Origin: Trichosphaerium sp. ATCC 40318
Taxonomy: Eukaryota; Protista; Tubulinea
Direction of reading: 5' to 3'
Assembly: GCA_038496445.1 (NCBI GenBank)
Contig: JALMLS010000315.1
Coordinates: forward strand, 117,616 to 181,615
DNA: 64,000 bases
Program-made: the position numbers and the translations under genes
Part shown: positions 35,020 to 49,175 of the stretch, in pieces
Numbering within the stretch: the stretch's first letter is position 1
How the letters are laid out: every line of letters begins with the position of its first letter
The notes under the pieces: model-generated
Databases searched by the model: none
What the model was told of the DNA's origin: nothing
What the model saw: the letters and a program-made list of their open reading frames with translations, nothing else

Positions 35020-35358
35020 ACAACAATAACCACAGTAAAATTTGTAAATCAACAAAATCACGTTATATACCTTTATTGAGGGACTGTAACCAGCGCATCA
35101 GATATATCACTTTGCGTTGCAAATATTACAAACAGAGTGAAATATTTTAAAGTTCCTGCACGTTTTGTCTTGTGTACACTTCACTGAAAACATCTAGAGG
35201 TTACCGACCAATTGTCGAGGTACTAGATAATAGCGATGGCGTTAATTTGTTTTATCTGTTTATACATTGAGGTTTAAAACGTTGCATCGCCAAAGTTATA
35301 CAATAATTACAATTTACATTACACTAATGGAGCGAGAGGCACGGCGCACTGTAGCGAC

Positions 35359-38300
35359 CTAGAAAGACCATGTTCGTATCTTTTTGTCCCTCGATCCTGA
35401 CCAAACAGTACCTTCACCATCGCTAGCCAGACAGCTTACAAAATCTTCGTGGCCACGCAACACGTGTAGTTGTTTATGTGTCTATGCAAACAACATAAGC
35501 GGTCTCACAATACAGACTTGAATGAGTACGTACCTTCAAGTCGTATATGTAAATACAGTTGTCAGAGCTGCCGCACCACAGCTGCCGTTTGCTGCTACTT
35601 GGTACCCAAACAATGGCCACGCAATATATTTTCATGGCGGGCGTACTTACTTTTGCGACATCGGTCTTGGGATTCTCACAGTCCCTACATTAAATATATG
35701 AGTTACGTATTGGGCAAGCTGTTGTGGCGTTACCATATTGTCATCTCGCCCGCAGAGCACGTCCACATTTGTTTATCATAGTAACTCATGGCATCTATCA
35801 CGTTGTTGTGCGCCTTCCAAGATGCTTTGAGTTGGTAATCCTACAAGTACACGTGGTTAATTTCTGTGATTACACTGCGTGGCACAAGGCATGTGGTTCA
35901 ACAAGTTACTTACCTCTGCCCCATAAATATATACATAGCCAAACGTCCCAACCCAGACTTGAACGCCGTCACGCAGTATTGCTCTGCACATTGAATTTAT
36001 AGGTTGGTTGTGAATTTGCATGGAGTGTGCCACAACTGTGCCCTAGAGGTAAGCGTTGAGTGTCGCTGTTTTTTTTTTGGAACGTAGGGTGTGCAATCGT
36101 ACCTGCGTCCCATTGCCTCGCCACACGAGGATATTACCGTCTGTATCACCTGTCCAGGTGACTGATCTCCGCTTGCCCTCTTTTTGAAGGACAAGTATGG
36201 ACTTGACGATGCTAGTGTGACCTTTCAGCGTTTTCTTGACTCTAAACTTGCGTGGATTCCAAACGTTGATGACACTATCGCCACCGCAAGTCCAAACGTG
36301 TTTATCAACAACTGCCATTGCGAACACACCGCGTTGGTGCCCCTGAATAAAGTCAATTTGTGGCTTTTAAACATGGGTCTGCAGCATAATTCAGAAAAGG
36401 CGTACTTGACACTGCTGAATAAATTTACGTGTTTGTAACGACCAAACGAATAAGTTTCCATCTGTGCAACCTGCCCATATCGATGGAATCTTAGCACCTT
36501 GCACGACTTCGAGACATGAACATTGCTGTGAGATTTCGTTCTCCAGTTCAAGCGCTAAAATGTTGAGACCAGAAGCGAGAGGTCGGACATTAGCTGCATG
36601 CTAAGGTTGTGGTTAATCTCATTGCACTTGTCATTTCAAATTGTGCACGTACGGACAGGCGCCGTGGTGTGCGCTCTCTCAATGTGAGATCCATACTGTT
36701 TTCTACCTAACAATCGTGTTAACAGTTCATCTCAAGTGAATATTAAATCATCTTAAGCTAACTTACGCCGAGCGTTGTGTGTAAACTACGAATTATATCC
36801 ACAAAGCAAGGGCGGTGCTTAGGCTCTTTTACCCAACAGGCACCAATGAGTAACGAGAATTGTTTCGGCGTTGAGTCAGGGATAGTAGGACGCAATCCAC
36901 TCTTCAAAACGCAAGTAAGCACCAATGCCGCATTGTTGTGAGTGGGATGGTTATTGCGTACCTGTATGATTTCGTCAATTATCTTGCCCTTTTTGAATTC
37001 CTCCAAAACGGCTACAGTGCCTTGAATCTCCCATCCACCGACTTCTAATTGCTTCACAAATTTCTCATCGTCTATTTGGCGCAAACTAAGAGGTTCTTCA
37101 CGTCTGTTGATGTACTGCTTGTATTCAGAGTATGGAAACTGTCTGCTAGATATCTCCCATAGAAGCATGGCGTAGCTACCTTGTTAGCCGACAATGCTGA
37201 GGTGCTAACGACTTGGCATACCTGTAAATATCTGAGCGCTCATCATATTGCGTGCATGTTAGATCTAGAACTTCTGGTGCCTGGTGTTGCAAATGTCAAC
37301 CATTTCGTTCAGAAAATGTGTGGGAATAGACGCACCAGCCACTGCCAAGTGAATAGATCTTCAGATATGCTCGTTACTACCTTTTCTGCCAACCCAAAAT
37401 CAGCTACCTTGGCAATAACAGGGATGCCCGGGTCCAGGCTCAGTATCTAGAGTTTTGTGTTGATAATAACGCACTACAAAAGAGAAACTGATTTCACGTA
37501 CAAATATCTAAATGACTTGTTAGAACACGTGATATGAAAATGATGTGCAGCAAAACGTACGTTCGGGCTTCGTAAATCACGATGTACAATAGGTGGGGTC
37601 AACGACTGTAAATAATGCATACCTAGCGATGCTTTTAGATCAAAATTTTCTGCGTAAGCTTGGAGGTGGTAGTACCAATGGCTACATCCAAGGATATCTT
37701 CTGTCGTACAACCCACGGAAGTTGGTCGTCAGACACGTCAGGATCCCGTAGAATCTGACACAGATCACGCCCTGGCACGTACTCAAGCACCATACGCAAT
37801 GGATTCACCTATGCACAAATTATACACCAAGTATTGTAACAAATTGACAGTGTCCACACGTACTGTGATACCATGGAGTCCAACCAAGTTCGGATGTTGT
37901 AAAGTGCTCATTATAAAGACTAGGTGATTGAGTTTTAGAAAAAGTATAACATAATAGCAAGTGATAAGCTCGTTTACCCTCGTGTTGAAATTCTCTAAAG
38001 TGAAGTTGGCTGCCTTGTTCTTTTAGCTTTATCTCCTTGACGGCAACATTCGTTTCGCCCATTTTCCCTCGATAGACGATGCCAAAACCTCCCTATATAA
38101 ATTGATCAACACACTAAAAGAAGAGAGGGTGCACAATACTTCTCCTATTTGTTCAATTATTTCTACATCTGTAAGGATCGGTATGTTCGAAAAGCTAACA
38201 TCCGGTGCCAATAAATGTATTGGTATCTTCACATCAGGGCTAACACTTATATAATGTTCACCTATAACACGACTGAGAGGGAGCACTAGACAAACAAGTA

Positions 38301-41300
38301 TAGTGAAATAAAGAGCATACCAGTCTCGAATCGTTGTATTATATCCTCCAGTTTAAAAGTGTGATTTTTCCACGTAGCCCAGCGCGATACAAGCGTCTCA
38401 TACTTTTTGTATGTAGAGTTGAGTAAGTTCTCTACGCACTCCATGATCGTTACGATCAAGCTACGTGTGCGCACTCCGCGACCATGTACTGAAACAGCTC
38501 TTCTAGGCTGCAGTACAGTTAAATTTAAGACGCATCCTTCTGCAGCGCTCTTGTATTGCAATGCTGCTTGCGCGTATCCCGCTTGTAGAGAACCATACTT
38601 GCTTATCGATTCATCAATCACAGTTTTGCTACGCGCTCGATTAGCGTCTTGGTTGCGCATGGGTGTAGGTTTTGACACCACAATTGTCGAAGGCTCCTAG
38701 CAAAATGAACATTAAATCTAGCACCAAACACGATTTGCATGTCATACTTGTTCAGTGAGTGTTGATTCCATAGGGTTGTTCGACAATTGTAAAGCCTTGT
38801 TGAATATCGCAGTCAGACCAGATGTAGTTTGGCTTCTTGTATCTCTAGTAGTGACACCAACATCAACAACTGGCGACAATAATAACCCGTCGTGGAAAAC
38901 CTCGTGGCAATATAGCTCTGGCGTACAACTGTTAATAACCACAAACATGATGCAATGTATGGAAAGGTGTGGGTTACCTGGTAAGTGATAAAGGCGGACT
39001 ATAAGCCTAGAAAAGAATCCGATAGGCATGAACTTGAACTTGTATGTTCGCTCTATCCTTTCAATACCTCGCTTGTCGTTTTGCATTATCAAAAACTCGT
39101 GGAAAGTGCTTGTCGCAAAATGAGGAAGCATGGAGGGAATGATTGATTCCCTCTCCACCCATGGTCCGTCTTGGCCACGTATAGGGAACACCACATCAAA
39201 ACGCTCTAGAATTGCTGCGAAGAAAGGATTAGTAAAGAGTTGGTTATGACCAAAGCCTAAGAGGGTACCCAGAAGTGTGATGTGAAATTTCTCAGGATAT
39301 CGTTTCCAAATAATACGAAGGGAGGAGTGTGGCATCACACCATTCTTCCAGTTAGACTTAAAGCTGATAATGCTAGACATTATACTAGCTAACCACTGGG
39401 GATCTAGTCGCACAGTAAGTATACAACTACGCTTTCTAAGTGACTAGTGCCGCACCGAGAATAACGACTTCCTTGAGGCCTGTTACGTTGAACCAAATAA
39501 GGTTGCCAACGTCATGAAAAAATTCAGTCATAGTTACAAGACTTTCGTCAGAAATATTACACTTTTGAGCCAAGATCCTGTACTCCCTCCACGTCATGAT
39601 TTGCTGTTCGGCTTCTATATTTTTCTTTAGCAAAAAAGGGGCTATCAGTATTCAGGTAGCTATATACCGGATTGTGCTTTGTGCACCATCTTGTCCATGA
39701 CTATCCAGGATTCTGGTACTAGATTTGTAATTACTCTTTGCACCTGGGCTACCTCCAAGAGCGTTTGTCGGAGGTCTTTAAAGTGATCTCCTGTGCAACT
39801 GAGTAGTACAACCTCGCGAATATTTTGGAATTGCAACTTGTAACGACGCATCTGAGCTTGAACATCTAATCACCTCAAACTGTTAACTGATTGTATTACG
39901 TGTGGACAATGCGCACTTTCAAGGGTTGTAGGGGTTATGCTGGGATCATCTAAATGCGTGCCTACAAGCACAACTGGACATGGCATGAATCCTGGTGTTC
40001 AAAGTTAGAAAAACAGTTACTTTTGGGGTAGAGTATAAGGAGGGCATACCACCCATCATTCTAATCTTCTTTAACCAATACTCTAACCGAGAGGCATTGA
40101 TTTCTGCGATATTAAACACCGCCAGGTACAACGCACGGTCACTCAAAAAGAATGAGTGAGTCGGATAAAACACCTAGAACAATAGTTATGATAACAAAGT
40201 AACTAACACTGGTTTTCATGCCTCCTGTCCACCAAAATCATACACGGAAAAATGTACTTTCTTGTGCCCTGTACCAACAACAAGGGACTGAACATCGATA
40301 CCATCACTAGGATCATTGTGAGCTTCATGTAAAAGTAATGTATACGCACGTTGATACATTCTTAGGGTAGTCCTTCTTCTGCAAGCGTCGCAGCAAGTGC
40401 GTTTTGCCAACCTAGTGATAAAACAATTAACACATTCACGCTATGATTACTGTGCATACGTTCTCCTGACCAACGATAATGAGCTTCATTCTGTTCCACT
40501 TTCTGTTTGGAGCTTGCATCTCCCTTCACCAGCACGAGTGAGCACAATATGATCGCAAAAAGAATGTGTACCTGAGGTAGTGCAATACCCGAGAGCTACC
40601 TTTGCGAAGAACTTCCGCAGGCACCGTAGACAATGGATTACCCTTTAAATGGAGTCAGTGTGGTCCCATGGATAAAGTGTACACTACGCACATGGAACTT
40701 GAACTCTTTGAGGTTTGCCAGTTTGCTAATGTCGGATGGCAAACAGTCTATTCTGTTCCCTTCATAAAAGTATAAGCCACAACGCCAACACTTTAATTCG
40801 CACCTGAAATATTCAACGAGGTCAATTGCGTCAACTCACCAAAGCCCTTGGGTAAGTTGACTAGATTGTTATTGGATAGATCGAGAGATCGAAGTGACTT
40901 CAAATTCTGAAGAATGTTCACTAGTTTTTTAGGCATAACAGTGAGGCCGTTTGATGACATGTTGACACCTTCCAAGTCGCCTGAAAAAAAAACTGAGTAC
41001 CAGTTACTGCCAAGAGAGCCTAAATAGCATTTACCGGAAAAAGGCAATCTATTTACCTGAAAGGCAGTCTATTGGCAGTAAATCGAAAGAGCCATCAGAT
41101 AAATCTAATATACCAGCCTTCATTTGAGACACTAGAGATAGACATGCATCAGTTTTGGTAGACACGTTGTAATTGTTTATAATAATCGCTTACACAAGGA
41201 CGCTAGTTTAGGGTTACCACTGGCCTTGGCATCTTGCAGCACCTAGTGACTCGTGTTAAACAAAACAAAATTATTTTCTCATTATATGGCTCATGTTCAT

Positions 41301-42407
41301 TCCTCAACGTACTTTTTCGCTAACCTGCGCTCCTGACGCAAGTAGCAGTTGGGCTAGCTCTACATTGTTACCCTCAACAGCATAATATAACGGTTGCTTA
41401 GTAAATATTAGCTGTAGGATAGACACAAAAATGTTATTTTTTGTATGATCTCGTACGCTCTGTGTCTTGTCTTTAACATTAATGTCAATACCCCTTTCGA
41501 CCAACAATCGCACTGCAGCTACGTGACCATGTATGCATGCACAAAATAATAAATCCTAGAACCTCTACTTAGCTAGTGCAATGGAGAAATGCAAGTAGGG
41601 ACGTACAGGATCAATGTTGTTGACAACGTCACCGAACGACAAACTTCTGTGTTTTTGGCTTAGTTGCATTGCCTGTGTACTCTCCGTAAGCAACAGTTTG
41701 TCACATTGAATTGTAATGTACGTGCCTTCTCAATGGTTTTATTGTTTTTAACTAGCGCGTTGACGTCATTTTCCGCGTCATAAAGGCCAAAACTGATATC
41801 ATTGCCATCTTCTGCCTTTTTGGAAAGTTAACAATTGTACTTTACACCATCCTACGCACACGAAGCGATACTAGCGAGTTGTTTTTACGCAACGACACTG
41901 CCCACCCAGAGCTCGAGAGTGCACAATGTTTTATATTCAGTACACGTAATGTTTGGTTCTTTTCTAGCGATTTTGCTAGCGCCAAACCGCCCTCGTTTGT
42001 AATTTCGTTTCCCTATTGCTGTTTTAGGCTAAACTACCCAGTATAAAACGCTATCAACAATAATATCACACCTGGATGTTAAGAGAGGTCAATGCACGAT
42101 TAATAAGCAGTGCGTCAGCGATTTGCCGCGCCCCAGCCTTATTGATGCTATTCCAACCTACATTCAGTGCCCGTATCGTATTATTCACCCGTAAAACGTG
42201 TGCAATACGAATAGCTCCATCCTCTCCAAGTTTTAATTTTTCAAGGTTTAAATCTGTTATCGCCGCATTTAAGCGCAAGTAGTCCAACAAAATGCTACGC
42301 TGAGCGTCTGGGAATATCTTTCCCGATAAATCACATCGTGTGAGTATAGGGTCCGATTTCTTGACTCTACGTAGCAAGGGAGTAAGGTCATCAAGTAGAT
42401 CTGACAT
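35359..42407 (-). CDS. Roco kinase 2: RI-type LRR, ankyrin, LRR, ROC, COR, TKL kinase, WD40
   Basis: GQENVGKT, YDFGGQE|VFYPTH, LDPQWLA, VAVK, HRDLRSPN, DFG; C-terminal WD repeats VWTCGGDSVINVW and VWSGSRDKKIRTW. Confidence 0.92.
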
Positions 42408-42657
42408 AATTAGACATTAACGGCAATCAGTGTGACACCCATTTGTTTTTAGATATTTTGAATCGGCTAAGTCACTTGCGTCAGTCCACTCGCAGCACTA
42501 TACGCTTGTACACGAGACACAAAATTGTGTAGCTGCAAAAACAGTTGGTGGCCGGAATTGTTTGGTTTTCTGAATTGCTCAACAAAACGTTTAAATTTGG
42601 GTTTTTTTCTATTCTACTGTTACAATGTTTTCTTATGTTGAGCTAATTACAACTCAA

Positions 42658-44945
42658 TCAGGTGTCTTTTGTCGAACGCCAAGAATTTAAAAACTTATCA
42701 ACAAATCCTGGATTTGGTTTGTGAGTCAACTTATTCATAGCCTCTTCAAGCAACCTTTGTTCATGAGGAGAAGCCGTTTTATGAGCATCCTTTAATGTAA
42801 ATGTTAGGGTACTTGGTAGAGGCAACAAAAAAAAAAAAAAAAAAAAGGATTAATAAACAAACGCACTTGGAAACGTATCAGCATTTGTACTTTGCTTTCA
42901 AACTCCCCGTTGTACCTGTCCTTGTTCCGTTCTCTGTCGTTAATAAAATTATCATACATTTGCGTTTGTGTGAACTTTGTGAGGAACTGTATGTGAAAAA
43001 ACAAGTTAACTTAACTTCAAAATCGAGGATTGAACTGAAATGTTTCGCTACCTTTTGTTTCTCCTCAGCCACACTTGCAATAAAGGAGGCAGCGTTAAAT
43101 GCAAACTTTTCACCTGAAGCAACCCCCACCAAATAGAAAGTGTAACGAGAGAACATATCTATTCAAAATGTCATCAACATGTCAAATCAGAAACGCAGTG
43201 TACTATAACGCACCTACAAAAAAACCAAGGAAAACGTCGCTTATCTTTGCATTGAGGTCATTGGGCTTCAGCATCCTCTTGTTTTTGAACAACGAACTGG
43301 CGAATGGATTGACTTCTTTTAATACCTTGAGCATCGCCTACAACCGATCACATTCAGCAAAAATAGTTTTTAATCAAGGTGGGCAGTTACCTGGACGTTT
43401 TCTCGTGGCAAGTTGTCAATGTCTGTGTACGGCTTCCATATGAAGTTGCCTTGATCAATATCGAACAACATAACCTACCATCACAATGTTTAAGGGTGAT
43501 ATTCATGAGTTAATCATCAATTACCTCTTCCATGGACGATTTATATGTATACAAGGTTTCCAGTGATTCCTTTAGAATACCCTAAAACGCAAAAGATGAG
43601 TGGTGAATAAGACACATAACACTCGGATATCTCGTACAACTATAAATGGCATGGGCGCACAGCAAAAGTCAAAAAGAGATGGTGGGAGTACAGGAACATA
43701 AATGTGCTGAAGATGGCGTTAAAATTGATCAAAGCAAAAATAACTCCAACTTACAACCCAATGAAACGGATACAACACACTCACGAGTGTTTGTACTGTC
43801 TTTGACAAGACAGAAATGTCGGAAGCTACAAATATAATCCGTCGTTCCATCAGTATTGAGGCAAACAAAGCGACCAATGCAGATTCACGTATAGTCTTCA
43901 AGACAGTCATAAATGACATCTAATAATCATAATTAAAATTAGAATGTTCAGCAGTAGCGTGCCATATCCAAGAATCTGCAAACATCTGCTGGTCTAGTAA
44001 ATTTGTGCTTTTCTAATGGCATATCCTCTAAACAAACACGATGAATTGTTAGGTTTTGGTAAAAAAAAAAGAATAGACAGCATTGGCAACATTGTTGACT
44101 TACCTTTGGTTGCCAAGCAATTGAATTCAAGCGAAGCACCTGGTAATGGCACTGGTGAATAGTAAATCCAACCGAGGAGATCGTCAACCAATGATGGATT
44201 GGCGTTGTACTTGGCCTCAACGGTGAGCAGCAACTGACTGAACAAGTCATAGCAAGGCCTACATAACACGATTTGAGCGCACATTTCAGTGACTGATTGG
44301 CCGTACATGAAGCTGACCACGCAAATACAATACGGGAACCGTAATCCTGTACCTGAAGGCAATGTACGCAAGCAATAACTGTTGTGGTGATTTTGTTAGC
44401 AACGGAATTGGATGTTACATGATAAGCGTGCCCAAAGCGTCTGCCGCCATCTGCGTTTGTCATGACAAACAAAAACGTGTTGCGTTTCATCTCACAAGAC
44501 GGCTGCAGGGAGTCGATGTCTGGAAAACAAAATTTCATGATAGAAGTGAGGAATGGGTCCAGCTCTTCATTTATTGTATGAATTTGTCCTGCAATCCTCA
44601 TTTTCCGTGACTTGCGTTTCTCTACGCCGCTCAATACTTCTTCAGGGCTCTGTAACGGATTAAAAAATAGTGATAAAACAATGTGGGGCGGAAAAACATA
44701 CAGTTTGGTCAATTTCCGCCTTGCAAACCTCCCCTGTTGCCTCATCTAGTGTCTTGGAATCGGTTGGCAGATTATCAATTTCGTTATGTTCCTTTGGGTA
44801 TTTGTACGCAATGTATGGACCTTCCGCGAGTGTTACACCAAACTAAACGTATAGACGTACATAATTCGGCTTTAATCAGCCCGACATTTACAACAATGAC
44901 CTTGTCAAACAGTCGCTGAGTGTTTTCAGTTGAATCGTTCGCCAT
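42658..44945 (-). CDS. DENN-domain Rab GEF
   Basis: KFCFP, FVMTNADGGRRFGYC, SILMERRIIFVA, LYPFHW.HIYVP, APMPFIVG, TQMYDNFI. Confidence 0.92.
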
Positions 44946-45034
44946 ACGCCATGATTGGGTGTTACAATAATGTGAAAAAAATTAATGTATTGCAAAAAAA
45001 ACTCAATAATTCTGAAAATAACAACAAAAGTCAA

Positions 45035-46813
45035 CTAACACTTCACGTCGAACTCAACACATACAAACATATTATTTAGCTTATACATCTTGAATGGATT
45101 CTTCAGGTGGCAGGAATGCTCTAAAAAACTCAAATGTAACTTTTTCCATCCATGTCTTCCTGTTAGGTACAAATATACCTCCTTGAACCCAGCACATATG
45201 ACCCCCGTGCCTAATACAATTAATTTTTACAATAGAAAACTTGCAGAAATCACGTACAAGGTTGTTGCAATGAATAAATTCTCATTCTTCTGTGAAACAG
45301 AGACTGCGTTTGCCACATCCTTTTCGCAATATGCAATGGGATCATCTTTGCTACTAAGAAGGAGTGATGGGACTGTGATGTTTCCAAGAAACGGCTTTGC
45401 GCTTTGATCGTCGTAGTAAGCCACTACAGTGATTTTAGTTATAAAAATTTGTGTATTGTAATAGTACATACGCAAGTCCTTGTAGTTCAGCACTGGCGCT
45501 ATTAATGCGTTTATTTCCAACACATCTTTTGTCTACATCAAAAGGTCTTTGTCAACAACTAACCAACACAAAGTACGTACTGCAACCATTTTATCATACA
45601 GGTCGGGTTCGAACACGTGCTTGTGTCTGCAATCTCAGTCAATTAGATGTACCCAAAAAAAAAAGTACGCACTCTTTAACAAATTCAAGCCACTTGCGTG
45701 ATATGACATATAAATACATAGGGTACGCAGCTAGGTTCCTAGCCACTTGCAACGTATGTTAGAGTTTGAAGGAAAAGCAGTGGCACTCACCAACTCTAGC
45801 ATCATACGCTGAAGAAAGTGAAACAGCAGCGGTTAATGGTGATGCTTTACCCTGCTCTCCACAGTGTTTAACCAACATATTACCCCCTAAAGAGTAACCT
45901 ACACCAACTATGGGACGCTAAGTAATGTAGTTGAAGAGTGCTCTCTTACACATAGTCGCTTTGGGGTATTGCTTCCTGACCTCGTCAAGAAATATAGTAA
46001 CAAACTTGCTAGTGCCAGTGGTGTAAAAGTGTTGTGACTAGAAGCGTATTGTTATAGAGCGATCACGTGCTTGCGGAAAGAGCGTACTGTCATTGGAGAA
46101 TCACCACATCCAGGCCACGTTAAAACGGCTGTTCTACATGTTACATAAGATTTCGATGAGGGTGTAGAAGGAGTTGTACCGAAAGCCTTCTTCTTTGCAG
46201 TACTTGGCAATGTTTCTCACATAGTCATTGGTGCTGCGTCCGTTTGTACCTGTCACTACACTACAATAAATGTGAGATCGGAAGCAATCTGAGGTATGGA
46301 GCGCATTTGCAAGAAGTACCATACTATAGGTGTCGTTTCCTCCAATCTTTCGTCAGCGACCCAGTCTATCGCGAATGTCTGTGCCTTTAGCTTGACCAAC
46401 GTTCTTCCATTTGTTAGCACTTTCCAATTTGGACGCATGTCAACGCTTTTTGTACCTGGCTCCAATGTTTATTTCTGGTCCAGAGCGGATTAGGTTGGAG
46501 TACAAGCTTTGCACGTTGCCGCTCATACCCCATATAGGCATACCAGTGTAGTTGTGTAAAATGGGGCAATTATTCATTATTTCGGTGTTCCTTTGCTGTG
46601 TTACGTTTTATTTAGGACTTATACGCGTGTACCTCGTGTTTGCGAGATATCTCAGGGTAGTTTTTTCGTTGCTTCGCTTGGTTACATTTTTGAAACGTTT
46701 TTTATAGCGTACCGCTTATAGAGGAAGTAATACAGAAGATAGCATGTCGAACCCACGCCAACCGATAAACAAGCAGTTGCAAGGAGTCCTCGCGTACTCT
46801 TTACCCTGTACAT
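45035..46813 (-). CDS. Alpha/beta hydrolase, ABHD1-3/YheT/Eht1 family
   Basis: AIDW, nucleophile elbow VGYSLGGN, acid motif SKDDPI, GGH-type His region; N-terminal TM segment. Confidence 0.85.
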
Positions 46814-46919
46814 GCCCAGATCGCTGCTTAGGGGCACTTGTGGGCGTGGAATTGCAGTAAGTCGTCGTTATTCAATGACGTTTCAAAAACAAACCAAAAA
46901 ATTTTGCAAAAGAACGAAC

Positions 46920-48938
46920 ATGAATTGCCTTGCCTGCCTCGCGTGCAATGCTGGAATGTGCGTATGTGGCCAAGCTTTTAAATGCTGTGGAAAGGCTATA
47001 GGCTTGAAAAAATCGATGTGTACAAGGGTCATTTACGCCATTCAATTGGGCGTTTTCGCGTTAATTTCGTGGTTGTTGATGAATCTACCTCATTGGACGC
47101 AAGGCCACTGGTTTATAGAACATTTACCAGGTACGTTATTACATAATCACCTTTTTACAAGCGGACATCACGCTGTAACCATGAGCAGTGAATTCTACAA
47201 CACTTTGTTCTAAACCTAAATTTTCAGGACTTTCAACCTGTCTGCAAAGCGAAAATTGTCACGGAGCAATGGCAGTATACCGTGTGCTGGCGGCTGTATT
47301 TTTATTCCACAGTGTAATGGCAATTATGTTGATTGGCGTTAAATCATCACGCGATTGTCGTGCAATGATGCAAGTATGTACCATACGTTTGTTTACGTAA
47401 TATCTGATAAATACAGGACGGTTGGTGGATTGTAAAGTTCGCTATCATAGTAGCAATCGCAATAGTGTCCTTCTGGATACCTAACAGCGTGTTTATGGGC
47501 TATGGTACGTTCACACATGCGTTCTTATTCAATGAAGTGCGCTCACTCTCTTGTAGCGTGGGTATCTCTAGTAATGGCAGCAGTCTTTATTCTCATCCAA
47601 TTGGTGCTTCTCATTGAATTTGCCCACGGCCTGAATGAGGCCTGGGTAAGCAACTACGAGGATTCAGGCAGCCGCATTTGGTACGTAGTTGCTCGCTGTT
47701 AGTAGTGTGCTATCAGTGTACAACACCTGTGGACTTACTGACGCCTTTTACAGGTCAGGATTGCTCATCGGCACAACCGGCACACTTTACTTGCTATCCT
47801 TTGTGTTGACGATTCTATTGTACGTGTTTTACACTGGCAAAGCATGTCCTTTCAACACGGCTACGATTTCTATCAACTTGGTTCTGGTGATTGTCTACTC
47901 TCTCATTTCCATCTTCCCTAAGGTACACTACATCACCCAAGACCGTTATGTCGTGTGAACAAGTTATTCTAACTCCCATCCTATAGCTTCAAGAAAAAAA
48001 CCCAAAGGCTGGATTATTGCAATCCTCTATCGTCGCAATATTCAACACATACTTGGTTTGGAGTGCAATCATGAGGTAACTTTTCCTCCCTAACCTTGTT
48101 TGACCCCTTTAATCCGTATTGACGCTGTGTTTTCTTCAGCATACCTCAAGAAGATCAGTGCACAAAACTGAGCTTGGGTGCAAGTCAGGGTTGGACTCAA
48201 ATTGCCGGCGTTATACTCACTTTCGTTGCTGTTATGTATTCCACCATGCGTGCCTCCACATCCAGTAATCAACTCGGATACGTACGTCAACTAGCCGAGA
48301 GGCGTTCAGCTTTCTCTTTTTTTCTGCCACGTGCTTTGCAACCAGGTTACATTATTTGTGGCTTGTGTCACTCAAAATGTCTTTTATGGACTATTGTACT
48401 CCTACTGTGGCTCATAGTGTTATAGAGCCGTTCAGAAGTCAATCGTGCGCTCATTCCTGATGAGGAAGACGCTGGTACAGCATACCCTGATGAAAACGAC
48501 TTGAAGAGTCGCAATATTGACTTGGACGATGACGACGATGACGACGAACATCACGATGATGAGACTGAATCCGTGAACTACAGTTATGCGTTCTTCCACT
48601 TGACGTTTGCAACGGTAAGCGCACTCTCCACTGCTTTTGGTTTTTTTGTTCAAGTACATGACGTCTCACCACCCTTCCGTAGGCAGCATGTTACTTGGCC
48701 ATGTTGATTACAAATTGGGCTGTAGTCACCGAAACGACACATGAGGCGTACGTTATCACCATTTTCTTTTTGTTTCTGTGTTTCTGTGCTGAGTTTGGCG
48801 TATAGACACCACAACACGATTCAAGTGGACAACTCCTGGGTTGCTGTATGGATAAAGACTGTGTCTGGATGGTTAACTGTTCTATTGTACTTTTGGACAT
48901 TGATTGCTCCTGCACTTTTCCCTGACAGAGAATTTTAA
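46920..48938 (+). CDS. Serinc/TMS1 (TDE) family membrane protein
   Basis: Cys-rich N-terminus, MAVYRV, GWWIVKF, GLLQSS, YSYAFFH, WTLIAPALFPDREF. Confidence 0.93.
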
Positions 48939-49175
48939 AACCGTTGTAGTGGTTGGATTCTCTTCCTTCTCTCATTGTATTTAGCAACTTTTTGAAAATA
49001 AATTTACCGTTTTTGTAATACAATTTGTACTTTAACATGTAGAAATCCCGAGTCTTGGTGTATGGGAAACTTGACAAGTACATAGTGGCTCAAGGTGCAA
49101 AAAAGGAAGGGCATGGTTAAAAAACTGGATTTAACTTGTTGTACAACTGACTGGTTGCTGGTATGCTCAGCGTGC

